Assembly: GCA_005879505.1 (NCBI GenBank)
Contig: VBKQ01000140.1
Coordinates: 1 to 37,276 of the forward strand
Length of the DNA: 37,276 nt
Source of the DNA: Deltaproteobacteria bacterium
Lineage (GTDB): Bacteria > Myxococcota > Myxococcia > Myxococcales > 40CM-4-68-19
Direction of reading: 5' to 3'
A program made the translations under genes and the position numbers. Below, piece after piece: positions 1 through 8,652 of the stretch (its first letter is position 1; the number at the start of each line of letters is the position of its first letter). A model generated the notes under the pieces. That model did no database searches. It was not told the DNA's origin and saw nothing but the letters and a program-made list of their open reading frames with translations.

Positions 1-360
1 GAGAAGCGCCATGCAGAGGGCCGCCGCGCCGAAGCTCCCGATGCGGCTGTCGCGCAGGATCACGAACAGCTTCTCGCGATCGGAAGCGCCGCCCAGCGCG
101 TCGGCGGTATCTGCGAGCCCGTCCTCGTGGAACGCGCCCGTGAGCAGCATTCCAGCGGATATGGCGAGAGCGGCCGACACCACCGGGCCGGCGCGCGCGG
201 AGACCAGCATCACCCCCGCGAGGACCGACCCCAGCACCGCACCCACGAGCGGAAAATGCGCAGAACTCCAGCGCAAGTCCTCCGCAGTGAATGCCGGTCC
301 GCCCACCGGCAGCCGGGTGAGGAAGGCAAACGCAGCCGGCACCGCGCGAATGGCGCTCAT
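1..360 (-). CDS. cobS: adenosylcobinamide-GDP ribazoletransferase (cobalamin synthase), first 120 codons; continues past the left edge
   Basis: Open frame with ATG at 360 overlapping the cobT stop (ATGA). Translation is MSAIRAVPAAFAFLTRLPVG...LLTGAFHEDGLADTADALGG...ILRDSRIGSFG, which carries the CobS signatures LTRLP, FHxDGLADTxD and RDSRxG. It is missing from the ORF track because it has no in-window stop. Confidence 0.85.
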   Translation of the reverse strand, partial: MSAIRAVPAAFAFLTRLPVGGPAFTAEDLRWSSAHFPLVGAVLGSVLAGVMLVSARAGPVVSAALAISAGMLLTGAFHEDGLADTADALGGASDREKLFVILRDSRIGSFGAAALCMALL

Positions 361-1418
361 GAGGCGCCGCTCTCCGGAACACCCGCCGAGGCAAAGGTCG
401 CCATTTGGGCGTGGAGCGCGCAGGCATGATCGAGGAGCGGCAGCGCGAGCAGCGCTCCGCTCGCTTCGCCCAGGCGTAGCTCGAGATCGAGGAGCGGTCT
501 TGCTTCGAGCGCCTCCAGCACGCGGCGGTGCCCTTGCTCCGCGGACCGGTGCGCGAAGAAGAGGGATCTGCGGGTCGCGGGCGCTGTCCGGACCAGTGCA
601 AGGATCGCCGTGGAAACGATGAAGCCGTCTACAAGGACGGCCATTCCGAGCTCGCAGGCGCGGGCGGCTGCTCCGAACAGCGCGGCGATGTCGCGCCCGC
701 CCAGGCGGTGCACCGCCTCCTCCGGCGAGCGGACTTGGCCCACGCGCGCGAGCGCATCGCGCACAACTGCCCGCTTCCGGGCGAGCGCGGCGCCGGTCAC
801 GCCGGTGCCCGCGCCCACGAGCGTATCGGCGTCCCCAGCGCGCGCGTCCAGGAGCATTGCGGCCACGGCCGAGGCGGCGGTGGTGTTTCCGATTCCCATC
901 TCGCCCAGGGCTAGCACCAGAACGCCCGCGGGCAATGCGTCCACCGCGGCCGCCCCGGCCAGGACGGCGCGGGCGAACGTCGCCTCGCTCATCGCGTCCT
1001 CCACCCGGAGATCGCCCACTTCGTCTCGAGCCACGGGCGCGCGCGCGAGGCGAATGTCCTGCTCGAACGCGAGATCGGCGCCGTCTCGCACGCCGACGTC
1101 GACGATATGGAGCGGAACCCGGAGCTTTCTGGCCAGGACGCTCGCCGCCGCGCCGCCGACGACGAAGTTGCGCAGCATCGCCGCGGTGACTTCCACGGGA
1201 TAGGCTGAGACGCCGTGCCGGGCGACTGGATGGTCGGAGGCGAACACGATCGCGGCCGCGGGCCGCGAAGCCGGCAGCGCAGTTCGTTGCAGCCCGGCGA
1301 GCTGCACGGGAATGTCCTCGAGCAGGCCGAGGCTCCCGCGGGGTTTGGTCAGGCGCTGCTGGCGCGCCCGGGCCAGCTCCGCGGAGGCGAGGTCGAACGG
1401 CGGGACGACGACTTTCAC
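357..1418 (-). CDS. cobT: nicotinate-nucleotide--dimethylbenzimidazole phosphoribosyltransferase
   Basis: 353-aa ORF with the GEMGIGNTTAAS motif and a CobT-like N-terminus (RQQRLTKPRGSLGLLE). The GTG start overlaps the upstream stop (GTGA), which suggests translational coupling. Confidence 0.93.
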   Translation of the reverse strand: MKVVVPPFDLASAELARARQQRLTKPRGSLGLLEDIPVQLAGLQRTALPASRPAAAIVFASDHPVARHGVSAYPVEVTAAMLRNFVVGGAAASVLARKLRVPLHIVDVGVRDGADLAFEQDIRLARAPVARDEVGDLRVEDAMSEATFARAVLAGAAAVDALPAGVLVLALGEMGIGNTTAASAVAAMLLDARAGDADTLVGAGTGVTGAALARKRAVVRDALARVGQVRSPEEAVHRLGGRDIAALFGAAARACELGMAVLVDGFIVSTAILALVRTAPATRRSLFFAHRSAEQGHRRVLEALEARPLLDLELRLGEASGALLALPLLDHACALHAQMATFASAGVPESGAS

Positions 1419-2557
1419 GGCCTCGCCCCTTTTCTGAAGTCCACGCCGACAATGTTTCCGGCGATGAAGTTGCTGACGATCGCTTGGTCGTCGTCGAGCG
1501 GCAGGATGTTCCAGGGGTTCGAACCGTCGCCGGTGTTGACCTCCGCGACCAACATCTTCGCCGGGTCCTTCACGGACAAATCGAGCTTCTGCACCGTGTT
1601 GGTGGCGGACGCCACGGTATAGAGGAACTGGCCGCGTGCGCGCACGTCCTGCAGCGCGGCGCTCTTGCCGAAGGAGAAGAAGTTCACCTCGGCGATCATC
1701 GTCTGCGCGCCGATCGTCACCATCGTAATGGTGCCGCTCACTGAGTTGACCACCGCCAGACGGCCGTCGCCGGCGACGGTCATCGCGGTAGGCTGGGCGC
1801 CGACCAGGACCTTGTCGCCCTTGACTGCGCCGCTCTCCGGGTCGAGCCGGACCAGGTAGCCCTCGTCCGCTCCACAGAGCGCGAACAGATCGTTGCCGTT
1901 CACCAGCAGATCGGCCACGTACGTCAGCGACGCGGGGCAGGGCAGCTGGATGGCGGGGTGACTTTCGTCCGCGGCGTCGGCCAGCGCGAACGTGTTCCGG
2001 TCCAGGCTATAGAGCCGCGCAGAGCCGAAATCGCCCACCCAGATCTTGCGCGGACCACCTGCCACGTAGGACGGCTGGAAGCCCGCCGGCGGCGCTGCCA
2101 TGCGGAGCGGCGCGTTCGTGGCCGGATCGACCTCGATCACCGCGCGCCCGCGTAACTCCTGCGCGGAGAACGAGCCGGTGCAGACGACCAACAGCCGGTT
2201 GCCGTCGTTTCTCACCACGCCGCTGTTGGTGCAGGCGTGATCGTCCGCGCCGCCGGGCAGGATCACTGTCGTGACGCCGGTCTCCGGCTGGACCCGGACA
2301 AGCATGCCGGGACCCCCAGGCGCGAAGTTGTCGTCGAGGTTGGTCAAGGAAACGAAAGCGGATCCACTTGGTCCGGACGCGATGACGGCAGGCGCGGGCC
2401 GGGTGGGATGGGTGGGATCGAAGGGCCGCAACGCGCTTCCAGAAGGCAAAGGGATGCTGGCGAGGGGAGGTGGTGCGCGGAAGCTGCCGCCGCTGCAGCT
2501 GGCCAGGAATGCCGCCAGCGCCAGGGTGAACGATCGAGTGGATACGGAACGGTTCAT
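1415..2557 (-). CDS. lipoprotein with beta-propeller-like repeats (YncE/YVTN-like); function unknown, B12-operon associated
   Basis: Real start taken at MNRSVSTRSFTLALAAFLASCSG (lipobox LASC) at 2557. The 728-aa track ORF is an over-extension that overlaps the receptor gene. The sequence has repeated strand-rich segments. It lies between btuB-like and cobT under the same riboswitch. Confidence 0.7.
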   Translation of the reverse strand: MNRSVSTRSFTLALAAFLASCSGGSFRAPPPLASIPLPSGSALRPFDPTHPTRPAPAVIASGPSGSAFVSLTNLDDNFAPGGPGMLVRVQPETGVTTVILPGGADDHACTNSGVVRNDGNRLLVVCTGSFSAQELRGRAVIEVDPATNAPLRMAAPPAGFQPSYVAGGPRKIWVGDFGSARLYSLDRNTFALADAADESHPAIQLPCPASLTYVADLLVNGNDLFALCGADEGYLVRLDPESGAVKGDKVLVGAQPTAMTVAGDGRLAVVNSVSGTITMVTIGAQTMIAEVNFFSFGKSAALQDVRARGQFLYTVASATNTVQKLDLSVKDPAKMLVAEVNTGDGSNPWNILPLDDDQAIVSNFIAGNIVGVDFRKGARP

Positions 2558-2631
2558 GTGGACCTCGTGCGCGTGGCAAATGTGCGATGGCGAAGGGCTC
2601 GCCGGCGCCACCGCGGGGAAGAGGAGTGGCG

Positions 2632-4635
2632 CTAGAAGCGGGCCCGCGCGGTCGCCTGGAACGAGGCCCCCGGGAGCGGGTACTGGAAGAGATCCTGCTG
2701 CGTACGGTCGTCGAGCACGTTGCGGACTTCGAGGTCGGCCCAGAGTGGGCCAGCCACGCGCACACCCGCGCCTGCGTCGATACGGACCTGCGCGGGCAGT
2801 TCGGCCGTGCCATACGCGTTTCGCGGCATCGCCGAGGAGAGCTGGACTTGAACGAAACCTTCGAGCCGGTCTCCCCGGCGGTCGAGCCGCGCGAAGAGGC
2901 GGTGGGGCGAGCGGTACGAGAGCTTGCGCCCTCCTTGGGTCGCCGAGGGCCGCTCGTTCACCGCCTCGACGAAGCTGTAGGCCACCTCGAGGCCAACCTC
3001 GAGCGGGAGTCTGACGGAGAGTTGGACTTCGGCGCCTCGGATTCGCGCAGCGCCGATGTTGTACGGCTTCACCCGCGCCGGCGGATACAGCTCGTAAAGG
3101 ATCAGATCGCGATAGCGAGACCAGAAGACGCCGGCCGAGGCGGTGAACGGATGGGTCTTCCAACGCAGGCCGGCGTCGACCGACAGAGCCCGCTCGGGGC
3201 GCAGATCTGGATTCGGCTGCGTAGGGCCCGTGTCGAGATACAATTCCGAGAAGGTGGGCGGGCGGAAGGAGACTCCAGCGCCAGCTCGCACCTCGAAGGG
3301 TTCGACAGCGGTGCCCAGAAAGGGTCGCGCGCTGGCGCTCAGGCCCGGACTGAATCCGGTCATTGTCCCAACGAAGTCGAGCCGCAGTGCCGGATACACG
3401 GAGAGCGCTCCCCGCAGGAGCGAAGCGTCGTCGGAGATCCCCAGCGAGACGATCTCGCGGCGGTGGATTCCGGCGTAGCTTCCTGCTAGCCATTCGCCGC
3501 CCGCGGATAGGGACGTCGCGATGGAATGGCTGAGAGAAACGGGGAACGTCACCTCGAGCTCGCCGCGCGTCCCCAGTGTGTGGCTCTGCTGGACCGCGCA
3601 AGCAGGGCTCGAACCGCCTTCGGGACAGTCGAAACCCAGTCCGAGCGCGCGCAGCTGGACGAGGCTGGCGCGGCCCCAGCCGCGAGCCTGGATCACGGTC
3701 TCCCCGACGGTCGCCCGCAGTCGCGCGCCGAAGATCCCACCTTGGTCGCTTTCACGCGCCCGCGGCGTGAACATGCCCACAGGTCCAGGCAATCCGCGGC
3801 TGGCCGCGGTGCCCTGGAAAAGAGCGTCGAGCTCCAGGCCTTCGCGCAGCGGCACTTCGGTGCGCACCAGCAGCGAGGCGCGCATCGCGTCGGCGTTCTC
3901 CCGCACGGCAGGGTAGTAGGGCGCGCCCGGGATCTCCGGCGTGAACTGGCGCTCGTACTGGAACCTGCCATTCGTCCGATCGAGCTGTACCGCCACCATG
4001 CTGCGGGCCGCGCTGGCCAGCGAGACCACCGCATCCGCCGTCACGCGCACCGAGCCGAACGACCCGGCGGCGAGTTCAGCGCCAAATTCCGGCTCGGAAG
4101 CACCGGTCGTCTTCGGCACCAACTCGACCGCGCCGCCGAGAGCGCCGGCGCCGAGCTGCGCGCCGAGAACGCCGCGGCTCACGACCACCTTGCTTACGAA
4201 CGAGGATGGAAGCGTGGACAGGTCGATGGCATCGCCGCCGGGCCCTTGGAGCGGAATGCCGTCGAGCAGCACGAGCGTTTGATCGGGCGACGCTCCGCGC
4301 AGCGACACGAACGCGGCTTGTCCCGGGCCGCCGCTCCGCTGCACTGAGACGCCGGGCGATGTGGCGAGGAGCTCGGCGACCGTCGGCGCCTCGCCTGCGA
4401 ACCGTTCGGCGTCCACCACTGAGGTCTGCGCGGCGCCGCTCGGGCGCGAGCCGCGGACATTGATGACCTCGGTCAGTGGCCCGGCAACAGGCTCCTCCGG
4501 GACGCCCGCGTCCTGTTCGGCACGGACGCTCCGCGTCCAGGAGAGCAACGCGGACAGGAGGACGGTGAAGAAGCTCGCGGCCGACTTCGCGCGCGAACAA
4601 ACGAGACGCCCCTGCGGGGCTTCGACCAGCGGCAT
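2632..4635 (-). CDS. btuB: TonB-dependent outer-membrane receptor, cobalamin-type by context
   Basis: Start at MPLVEAPQ (ATG 4635) is preceded by GAGGGAG. It has a signal peptide, plug-domain motifs (VSLRGASPDQTLVLLDGIPL) and a C-terminal aromatic residue (ARARF). A cobalamin riboswitch lies directly upstream. Confidence 0.88.
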   Translation of the reverse strand: MPLVEAPQGRLVCSRAKSAASFFTVLLSALLSWTRSVRAEQDAGVPEEPVAGPLTEVINVRGSRPSGAAQTSVVDAERFAGEAPTVAELLATSPGVSVQRSGGPGQAAFVSLRGASPDQTLVLLDGIPLQGPGGDAIDLSTLPSSFVSKVVVSRGVLGAQLGAGALGGAVELVPKTTGASEPEFGAELAAGSFGSVRVTADAVVSLASAARSMVAVQLDRTNGRFQYERQFTPEIPGAPYYPAVRENADAMRASLLVRTEVPLREGLELDALFQGTAASRGLPGPVGMFTPRARESDQGGIFGARLRATVGETVIQARGWGRASLVQLRALGLGFDCPEGGSSPACAVQQSHTLGTRGELEVTFPVSLSHSIATSLSAGGEWLAGSYAGIHRREIVSLGISDDASLLRGALSVYPALRLDFVGTMTGFSPGLSASARPFLGTAVEPFEVRAGAGVSFRPPTFSELYLDTGPTQPNPDLRPERALSVDAGLRWKTHPFTASAGVFWSRYRDLILYELYPPARVKPYNIGAARIRGAEVQLSVRLPLEVGLEVAYSFVEAVNERPSATQGGRKLSYRSPHRLFARLDRRGDRLEGFVQVQLSSAMPRNAYGTAELPAQVRIDAGAGVRVAGPLWADLEVRNVLDDRTQQDLFQYPLPGASFQATARARF

Positions 4636-4669
4636 GATGTCTCCCTCTTTCTCTCGAAGAGGCGAAGGA

Positions 4670-4865
4670 CTTCGTCTCATGCCGCCAGGCAGGTCTCCTG
4701 GCTCCCGGGTCCGCAGCGACTCGCTGCGCGCGCGTCCCGCCTTCCCCGGTGCATGCACCGAGTGGCTTCTGGGACGAGCTGCCCGGCTACAGTGGCGGGA
4801 CCGCGCCGGAATTCGACCGGCTTCCCTCTAGGCCCTTGTGGGGCGCCACGGCGGCACGTCTAGCA
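4670..4865 (-). promoter_or_regulatory. cobalamin (B12) riboswitch
   Basis: The minus strand reads AGAGGGAAGCCGGTCGAATTCCGGCGCGGTCCCGCCACTGTAGCCGGG ... GCCAGGAGACCTGCCTGGCGGC. The first block matches the conserved GGGAAGCCGGTGnnAnTCCGGCGCGGTCCCGCCACTGT core. The second (4681-4702) matches the B12 box (AGYCMGGAGACCKGCC). It sits about 45 nt upstream of the receptor start. Outer boundaries are approximate. Confidence 0.9.
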
Positions 4866-4928
4866 ATTGCGTTGGCGCGTTTACGCCGTTCCCCACGACT
4901 CGTCAAGCGGGGCGCTTTCGGCTAGTGG

Positions 4929-5235
4929 TCATCCGTGCTCCGGACGTGCGACGATGAGCGCAGCGAGATCCTCGCGGACGACGCGAATGACATTCAGGAT
5001 TCGCACGTGTGGGATTCGTTGGTTCAAGCGGCGGTGCACGCTACAGTTCCCTTGGTTTCGTCTAGCGCGCCAGGACTCAGCGAAGGTAGCCACTGTCGCA
5101 AGTTCAAATCCTGCCCAAGCTTTGAACCTGCGAGGTAGATCGCAGTTGTCCACGGGCGCACAGCGTGTAGACCGTGGCGGTGCACACTCCGAGCTGCTGC
5201 GCCGCAGCTGCAACAGAAACAGAACGTCTTGGACC
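4929..5235 (-). pseudogene. split excisionase/AlpA-type HTH remnant
   Basis: Two frames carry the two halves of an excisionase-family HTH: VAAAAQQLGVCTATVYTLCARGQL (about 5143-5225) and IPHVRILNVIRVVREDLAALIVA (about 4940-5015). About 125 nt separates them and includes a tRNA-like fragment. There is no credible start codon. Confidence 0.4.
5082..5120 (+). repeat. degenerate copy of initiator tRNA-Met 3' end (att-like remnant)
   Basis: GAAGGTagccactgTCGCAaGTTCAAATCCTGCCCaaGC resembles the T-arm and acceptor of the 5560-5604 fragment, with an 8-nt insertion. Confidence 0.5.
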
Positions 5236-5387
5236 CCCCGTTGGACCCAGAGATTCTTGTTTCTGCGGTGCGGTATGGAAGATCCGTGGATCGGGCCGCG
5301 CGATCGTCTCGAGTGAAATTGAAGCCTTGGGCTCGGAGTGGAGCGCCGTGGAGGTTCGGGAATCCTGGCCTTCAGAATTGCCAAGGC

Positions 5388-5420
5388 GAAGGTCGCCGGT
5401 TCGAAGCGGCTCGCCGGAAC
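5388..5420 (+). repeat. degenerate copy of initiator tRNA-Met 3' end (att-like remnant)
   Basis: GAAGGTCGCCGGTTCGAAGCGGCTCGCCGGAAC has the variable loop plus T-arm pattern but is decayed. The ATCTTGTCCAA that follows recurs at about 5760. Confidence 0.4.
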
Positions 5421-5559
5421 TTTGACCAAATCTTGTCCAAACAGGAGGGGACTTGCGGATCCCTGCGTGGCCTTCGGTGGACTTCGCGCTTGAGCTAACT
5501 ACTCGAGACGACTGAAAACATGAGGGACGACGCCCGTCTGCCGGTTGGGTGAAATCGTG

Positions 5560-5608
<49 letters not shown>

Positions 5609-5665
5609 TCCTTGGCCCCATCGGTACTTAGCGATGGGGCCATCGTTTTGGTCCCTCGCGGTTTC

Positions 5666-5680
5666 AACCCGAAGGTCGCC
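5666..5680 (+). repeat. short tRNA-Met-derived fragment (AACCCGAAGGTCGCC)
   Basis: Exact repeat of the anticodon-stem and variable-loop segment of the 5560-5604 fragment. Confidence 0.4.
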
Positions 5681-6079
5681 GCTCGTCGCTCAGTGAAATT
5701 CCAGCGTCGTGCTCGAGTCTTGGATGCGTGGCGCGCGCATCCAAGTTCGACCTTGTCCAGATCTTGTCCAAGAATTCGGTCGCTAAAGCGCGCCGGCTGC
5801 GGAGCAGAGCGGGCTGTGTCGAGAGCGTCCGAGCTGCCGCGCTAGACGCGAGGCGAGGGCCCTCCTGGTGGAGCATCTCGAGCGCATCGCCCTTGGAAGG
5901 CGGGCTTTGGCGAGCGTGCCTGCGAGCACAAGTGCCGTCCGCACTCCGGACCTGCACCGGCCTCCCGTCAATCCGGATGCCGGAGTCCGCCTAGCCAGCT
6001 CCGATAACTCTGCTTCCGTCACCTGGGGTGAAGCTTCCCCCTGGTCTGCGTCATAAGAATAGCCATCGCCGCAGGGTAT

Positions 6080-6138
6080 GCGCGTAGTAGCTTCGAGCGG
6101 GTTCGAGCCGAGACTCGTCAGCCGAGCTATCTACGCGC
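6080..6138 (-). terminator. long imperfect hairpin overlapping the anti-sigma stop codon; possible terminator
   Basis: GCGCGTAG(A)TAGCT ... AGCTA(C)TACGCGC gives 8+5 bp outer stems around about 32 nt. No U-tract follows, so function is uncertain. Confidence 0.25.
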
Positions 6139-6366
6139 GCCGCTCACGATCTCGACGAGCGCCGCGAGCTCCTCGCGGCAACTGGCGCAGAGCCTCTCGT
6201 GAGCGCACGCCTTCTCGAGGCCTTCCGGGACCGCGCGGCCCTCGGCCCGAACCTCGGCGTACTCCGCCATGAGCGACAGGAAGTCGTCGCAGTCGATCTC
6301 GACGTCGCGCGTCTCGCGTGACGCGTTGAGAAGAGACCGCACTTGTTCGTCGCGAAGTCGCATCAT
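6127..6366 (-). CDS. small soluble zinc-binding anti-sigma factor (ZAS-type)
   Basis: Start MMRLRDEQV at 6366 lies 4 nt after the sigma stop. It carries an HxxxCxxC motif (HERLCASC) and has no TM segment. It is immediately downstream of an ECF sigma gene. Confidence 0.7.
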   Translation of the reverse strand: MMRLRDEQVRSLLNASRETRDVEIDCDDFLSLMAEYAEVRAEGRAVPEGLEKACAHERLCASCREELAALVEIVSGARR

Positions 6367-6370
6367 GTCC

Positions 6371-6985
6371 TCACTCGAAAACCCAGAGTACGTCGGCCTC
6401 GCAGATCCCAAGCGCCTCGAGGTGCACCTTCACGCTCTTCCGCGCGTCGTGACTCAGCTTGTAGAGCGCGTTTTGCTTCATACCGAGCCGCTCCGCGATC
6501 TCCGCGTGTGGCATCCCTTCGAGCTCGGCCACGAGCACCGCGCGCTGCTTCTCCGTCAGCTTCCCCTCGATGACGTCCGCGAGCGCGCGCAGGACGCGCT
6601 CGCGCACCGCGCTCCGCTCTTGCGTCGCCTCCACCCGCGGCTCGAACACGAGCGGCGAACGCGCCCCCTCGAGCATCGCGTCGAAGGAGACGTCCCTCCA
6701 CCGCTTGTGACGGAGGTCGTCGAAGGCGATGCGCATGGCGATCGAGAGCGCCCAGCTGGTGAACCGGCTCTCCCCTCGGAACCCACCGAGCCGCTCGCGA
6801 ACGCGGAGGAGCGCCTCTTGCGCGAAGTCTTCGCAGAGATCCTCGTCCGCACCACGCGCCGTGAGCACTCTCATGAGCCCGGTGACGAGGACCTCGCGCA
6901 GATCGCGACGCGCGGCTTCCCCATCGGCGCCGTCGTCCGCGATCGCGCGAACCCACTCGGCGTTCTCGCGCGGCGCTCGCCTCAT
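6371..6985 (-). CDS. ECF-family RNA polymerase sigma factor
   Basis: Region 2 (DLCEDFAQEALLRVRERLGGFRGESRFTSWALSIAMRIAFDDLR) and region 4 (LTEKQRAVLVAELEGMPHAEIAERLGMKQNALYKLSHDARKSV) are present. Start chosen at MRRAPRE (6985); the 436-aa track ORF is an over-extension. Confidence 0.85.
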   Translation of the reverse strand: MRRAPRENAEWVRAIADDGADGEAARRDLREVLVTGLMRVLTARGADEDLCEDFAQEALLRVRERLGGFRGESRFTSWALSIAMRIAFDDLRHKRWRDVSFDAMLEGARSPLVFEPRVEATQERSAVRERVLRALADVIEGKLTEKQRAVLVAELEGMPHAEIAERLGMKQNALYKLSHDARKSVKVHLEALGICEADVLWVFE

Positions 6986-7180
6986 CTGGACCACCGTATC
7001 AGAGCAAAGCTGATCGGGGAGAACGGCGCTCACGGAGCTCACGTGCAGTACGACGAGCCGAGCGGGGAGGATCTTACGCGCCGGTGACTGGGTAAGAAAT
7101 CGCACCGTCGGATCGTCGAAGGAACCGAGCAGACGGCGCGCCATCCGCGCGATCGTCGCTCGGAAAGGTTCCGCCACCCC

Positions 7181-7852
7181 ATGTCCAGCACCAACGCTCC
7201 CATCGCCGATCATCTCCTGGGTGATCGTGTCGCCGCATTTCACACCGAGCTCGCGAAGCAGGCGCCGGCCGAGGTCGTAAGGGCCCTGGTCAGCGAGATC
7301 GACGGCGTCGTGCGCTCCGGCGCTGGCGCAAAGGCGCCGCGTGTCGGGGACACAGCGCCGTCGTTCACGCTTCCGGACGCCCAGGGCAAGCAGGTGTCGC
7401 TCGACTCGCTTCTGAAAGAGGGCCGCGTCGTGATCGCCTTCTACCGCGGGCAATGGTGCCCCTATTGCGACCTGCAGCTGCGCGCCTACCAGGAGGTCCT
7501 TCCGCGAATCAAGGCGCTCGGCGCGAACCTCGTCGCGATCTCTCCGCAGACGCCAGACGAGAGCCTGTCGACGGTAGAGAAGCGAAAGCTCGAGTTCCGC
7601 GTACTCTCGGACGCCGGCAACAAGGTCGCCCGCGGCTACGGGCTCGTGTGGAAGGTGCCGGCTGGTCTCGATGCGCTCCACAAGGGCTGGGGCGTCGACC
7701 TGACGAAGTCGAATGGCGACGCGTCGAACGAGCTACCGGTTCCGGGGACCTTCGTCTTGGGAGCTGATGGCCGGATCGCCCTCAGCTACGTGAATGCCGA
7801 CTGGCGCGAGCGGCTCGAGCCCGCCGAGATCATCCGCGCCCTCGGATCATAG
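7181..7852 (+). CDS. AhpC/TSA-family peroxiredoxin-like thiol oxidoreductase
   Basis: FTLPDAQGKQVSLDSLLKEGRVVIAFYRGQWCPYCDLQL is a thioredoxin-fold redoxin signature with WCPYC. The gene is divergent from the ECF/ZAS pair. Confidence 0.9.
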   Translation: MSSTNAPIADHLLGDRVAAFHTELAKQAPAEVVRALVSEIDGVVRSGAGAKAPRVGDTAPSFTLPDAQGKQVSLDSLLKEGRVVIAFYRGQWCPYCDLQLRAYQEVLPRIKALGANLVAISPQTPDESLSTVEKRKLEFRVLSDAGNKVARGYGLVWKVPAGLDALHKGWGVDLTKSNGDASNELPVPGTFVLGADGRIALSYVNADWRERLEPAEIIRALGS

Positions 7853-7867
7853 GTCAGATAACGCCTC

Positions 7868-7916
7868 TTTCCGTCCACCGGCCGCACCTCACGACCCTCC
7901 TTCCGGCCGCGAAGCA
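7868..7916 (+). repeat. about 50-bp dispersed repeat, copy 1 (junction that truncates the NHL-repeat gene)
   Basis: CTTTCCGTCCACCGGCCGCACCTCACGACCCTCCTTCCGGCCGCGAAGCATGC aligns with 31549-31598 (GTTTCTGTCCACTCGCCGCACCTCACGACCCCTCCTTCCGCGGCGAAGCATGC). Both copies have the same orientation and end at GAAGCATGC. Confidence 0.7.
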
Positions 7917-8431
7917 TGCCATGTCTAGCTCGTCACACTTACCCCTCTGGCCGATTTGCAGCAGCAGCTGCTTGCCGTCGTGCGAGTACTTCTGCACGAT
8001 GCCGTCGCCGTTGCCGGCTATCCAGAAGTTGCCCTGGAAATCGACGTAACAGCCGTGGAGGCCGTTCGGAAGGATGGTCAAGTCACCCCACGAGTTCACG
8101 ACGTTGCCTTCGGAATCGAATTCGATCACGGGCGGCGACGCCTGGCGACCAGGTCCTCCTTTGCGGTCAGGTTCGCATTCTGCGGGCCACGATTGACGGT
8201 GAATACGTGGTCGTTCGCGTCCACACAGGTCCCGGCCACCTCACCGGTGACCCACCGCTCCGGCAGCGGCTTCGGCCACAGCATGTCGACTTTGTACTTC
8301 GGCGCAGGGTTGTTGCTCCGCGCGACCGCCTGCGTCGGGGTCCACAAACCGAGAGCGCCGATGACGGCAGCGCCGAGAGCCCCTGCGTAGACGAGGGTCC
8401 ATTTTCCGATTACGGCTTTCTTGAGACTCAT
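7917..8431 (-). pseudogene. NHL/beta-propeller repeat protein, frameshifted and 3'-truncated
   Basis: Two track ORFs (8126-8431 and 7854-8129) join as ...TAKEDLV/ASPPVIEFDSEGNVVNSWG... after a 1-nt frame change near 8130-8140. There is an N-terminal signal or TM segment. Homology-like sequence stops at about 7916, where the 50-bp repeat starts. Confidence 0.6.
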
Positions 8432-8652
8432 GATGGGGGGTCCACCTTCTGGACGCGCGTAAAAACAGGGCGCTCCTCAGAAACGTGTTCCCACCGTGCA
8501 ATTTCGCCAGTAAACAGACGGGCGATCAAGCCACTGCTGAGTACCAGCGAAAACGACGCGGCCGTGCGACGCGACGCCCGCACGGCTGCTGCGACCGGTG
8601 GGAAACCCGAGATGTTGATCGCGGCGCGCGTCCTTCAAGGCGGAACGTGGAG

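Noticed and set aside
1415-3601. 728-aa minus-strand ORF
   Set aside because: Its N-terminal ~350 codons are Arg/Pro/Gly-rich low-complexity sequence and overlap the TonB-dependent receptor gene out of frame. A lipoprotein signal peptide at the internal Met (2557) gives a sensible gene.
4636-4758. N-terminal extension of the receptor ORF (track start 4758)
   Set aside because: The extension covers the riboswitch B12 box. ATG 4635 has a strong SD and is followed by a signal peptide.
6080-6138. tRNA-like hairpin with perfect 7-bp acceptor-like closing stem
   Set aside because: It is only about 59 nt long with no D or anticodon arm architecture. It overlaps the anti-sigma stop and is better explained as a hairpin or terminator-like structure.
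6986-7180. GGAAC boxes on both strands of the sigma/peroxiredoxin intergenic region as ECF promoters
   Set aside because: No GTC or CGTC element occurs at a 16-18 nt spacing on either strand, so no promoter call could be supported.
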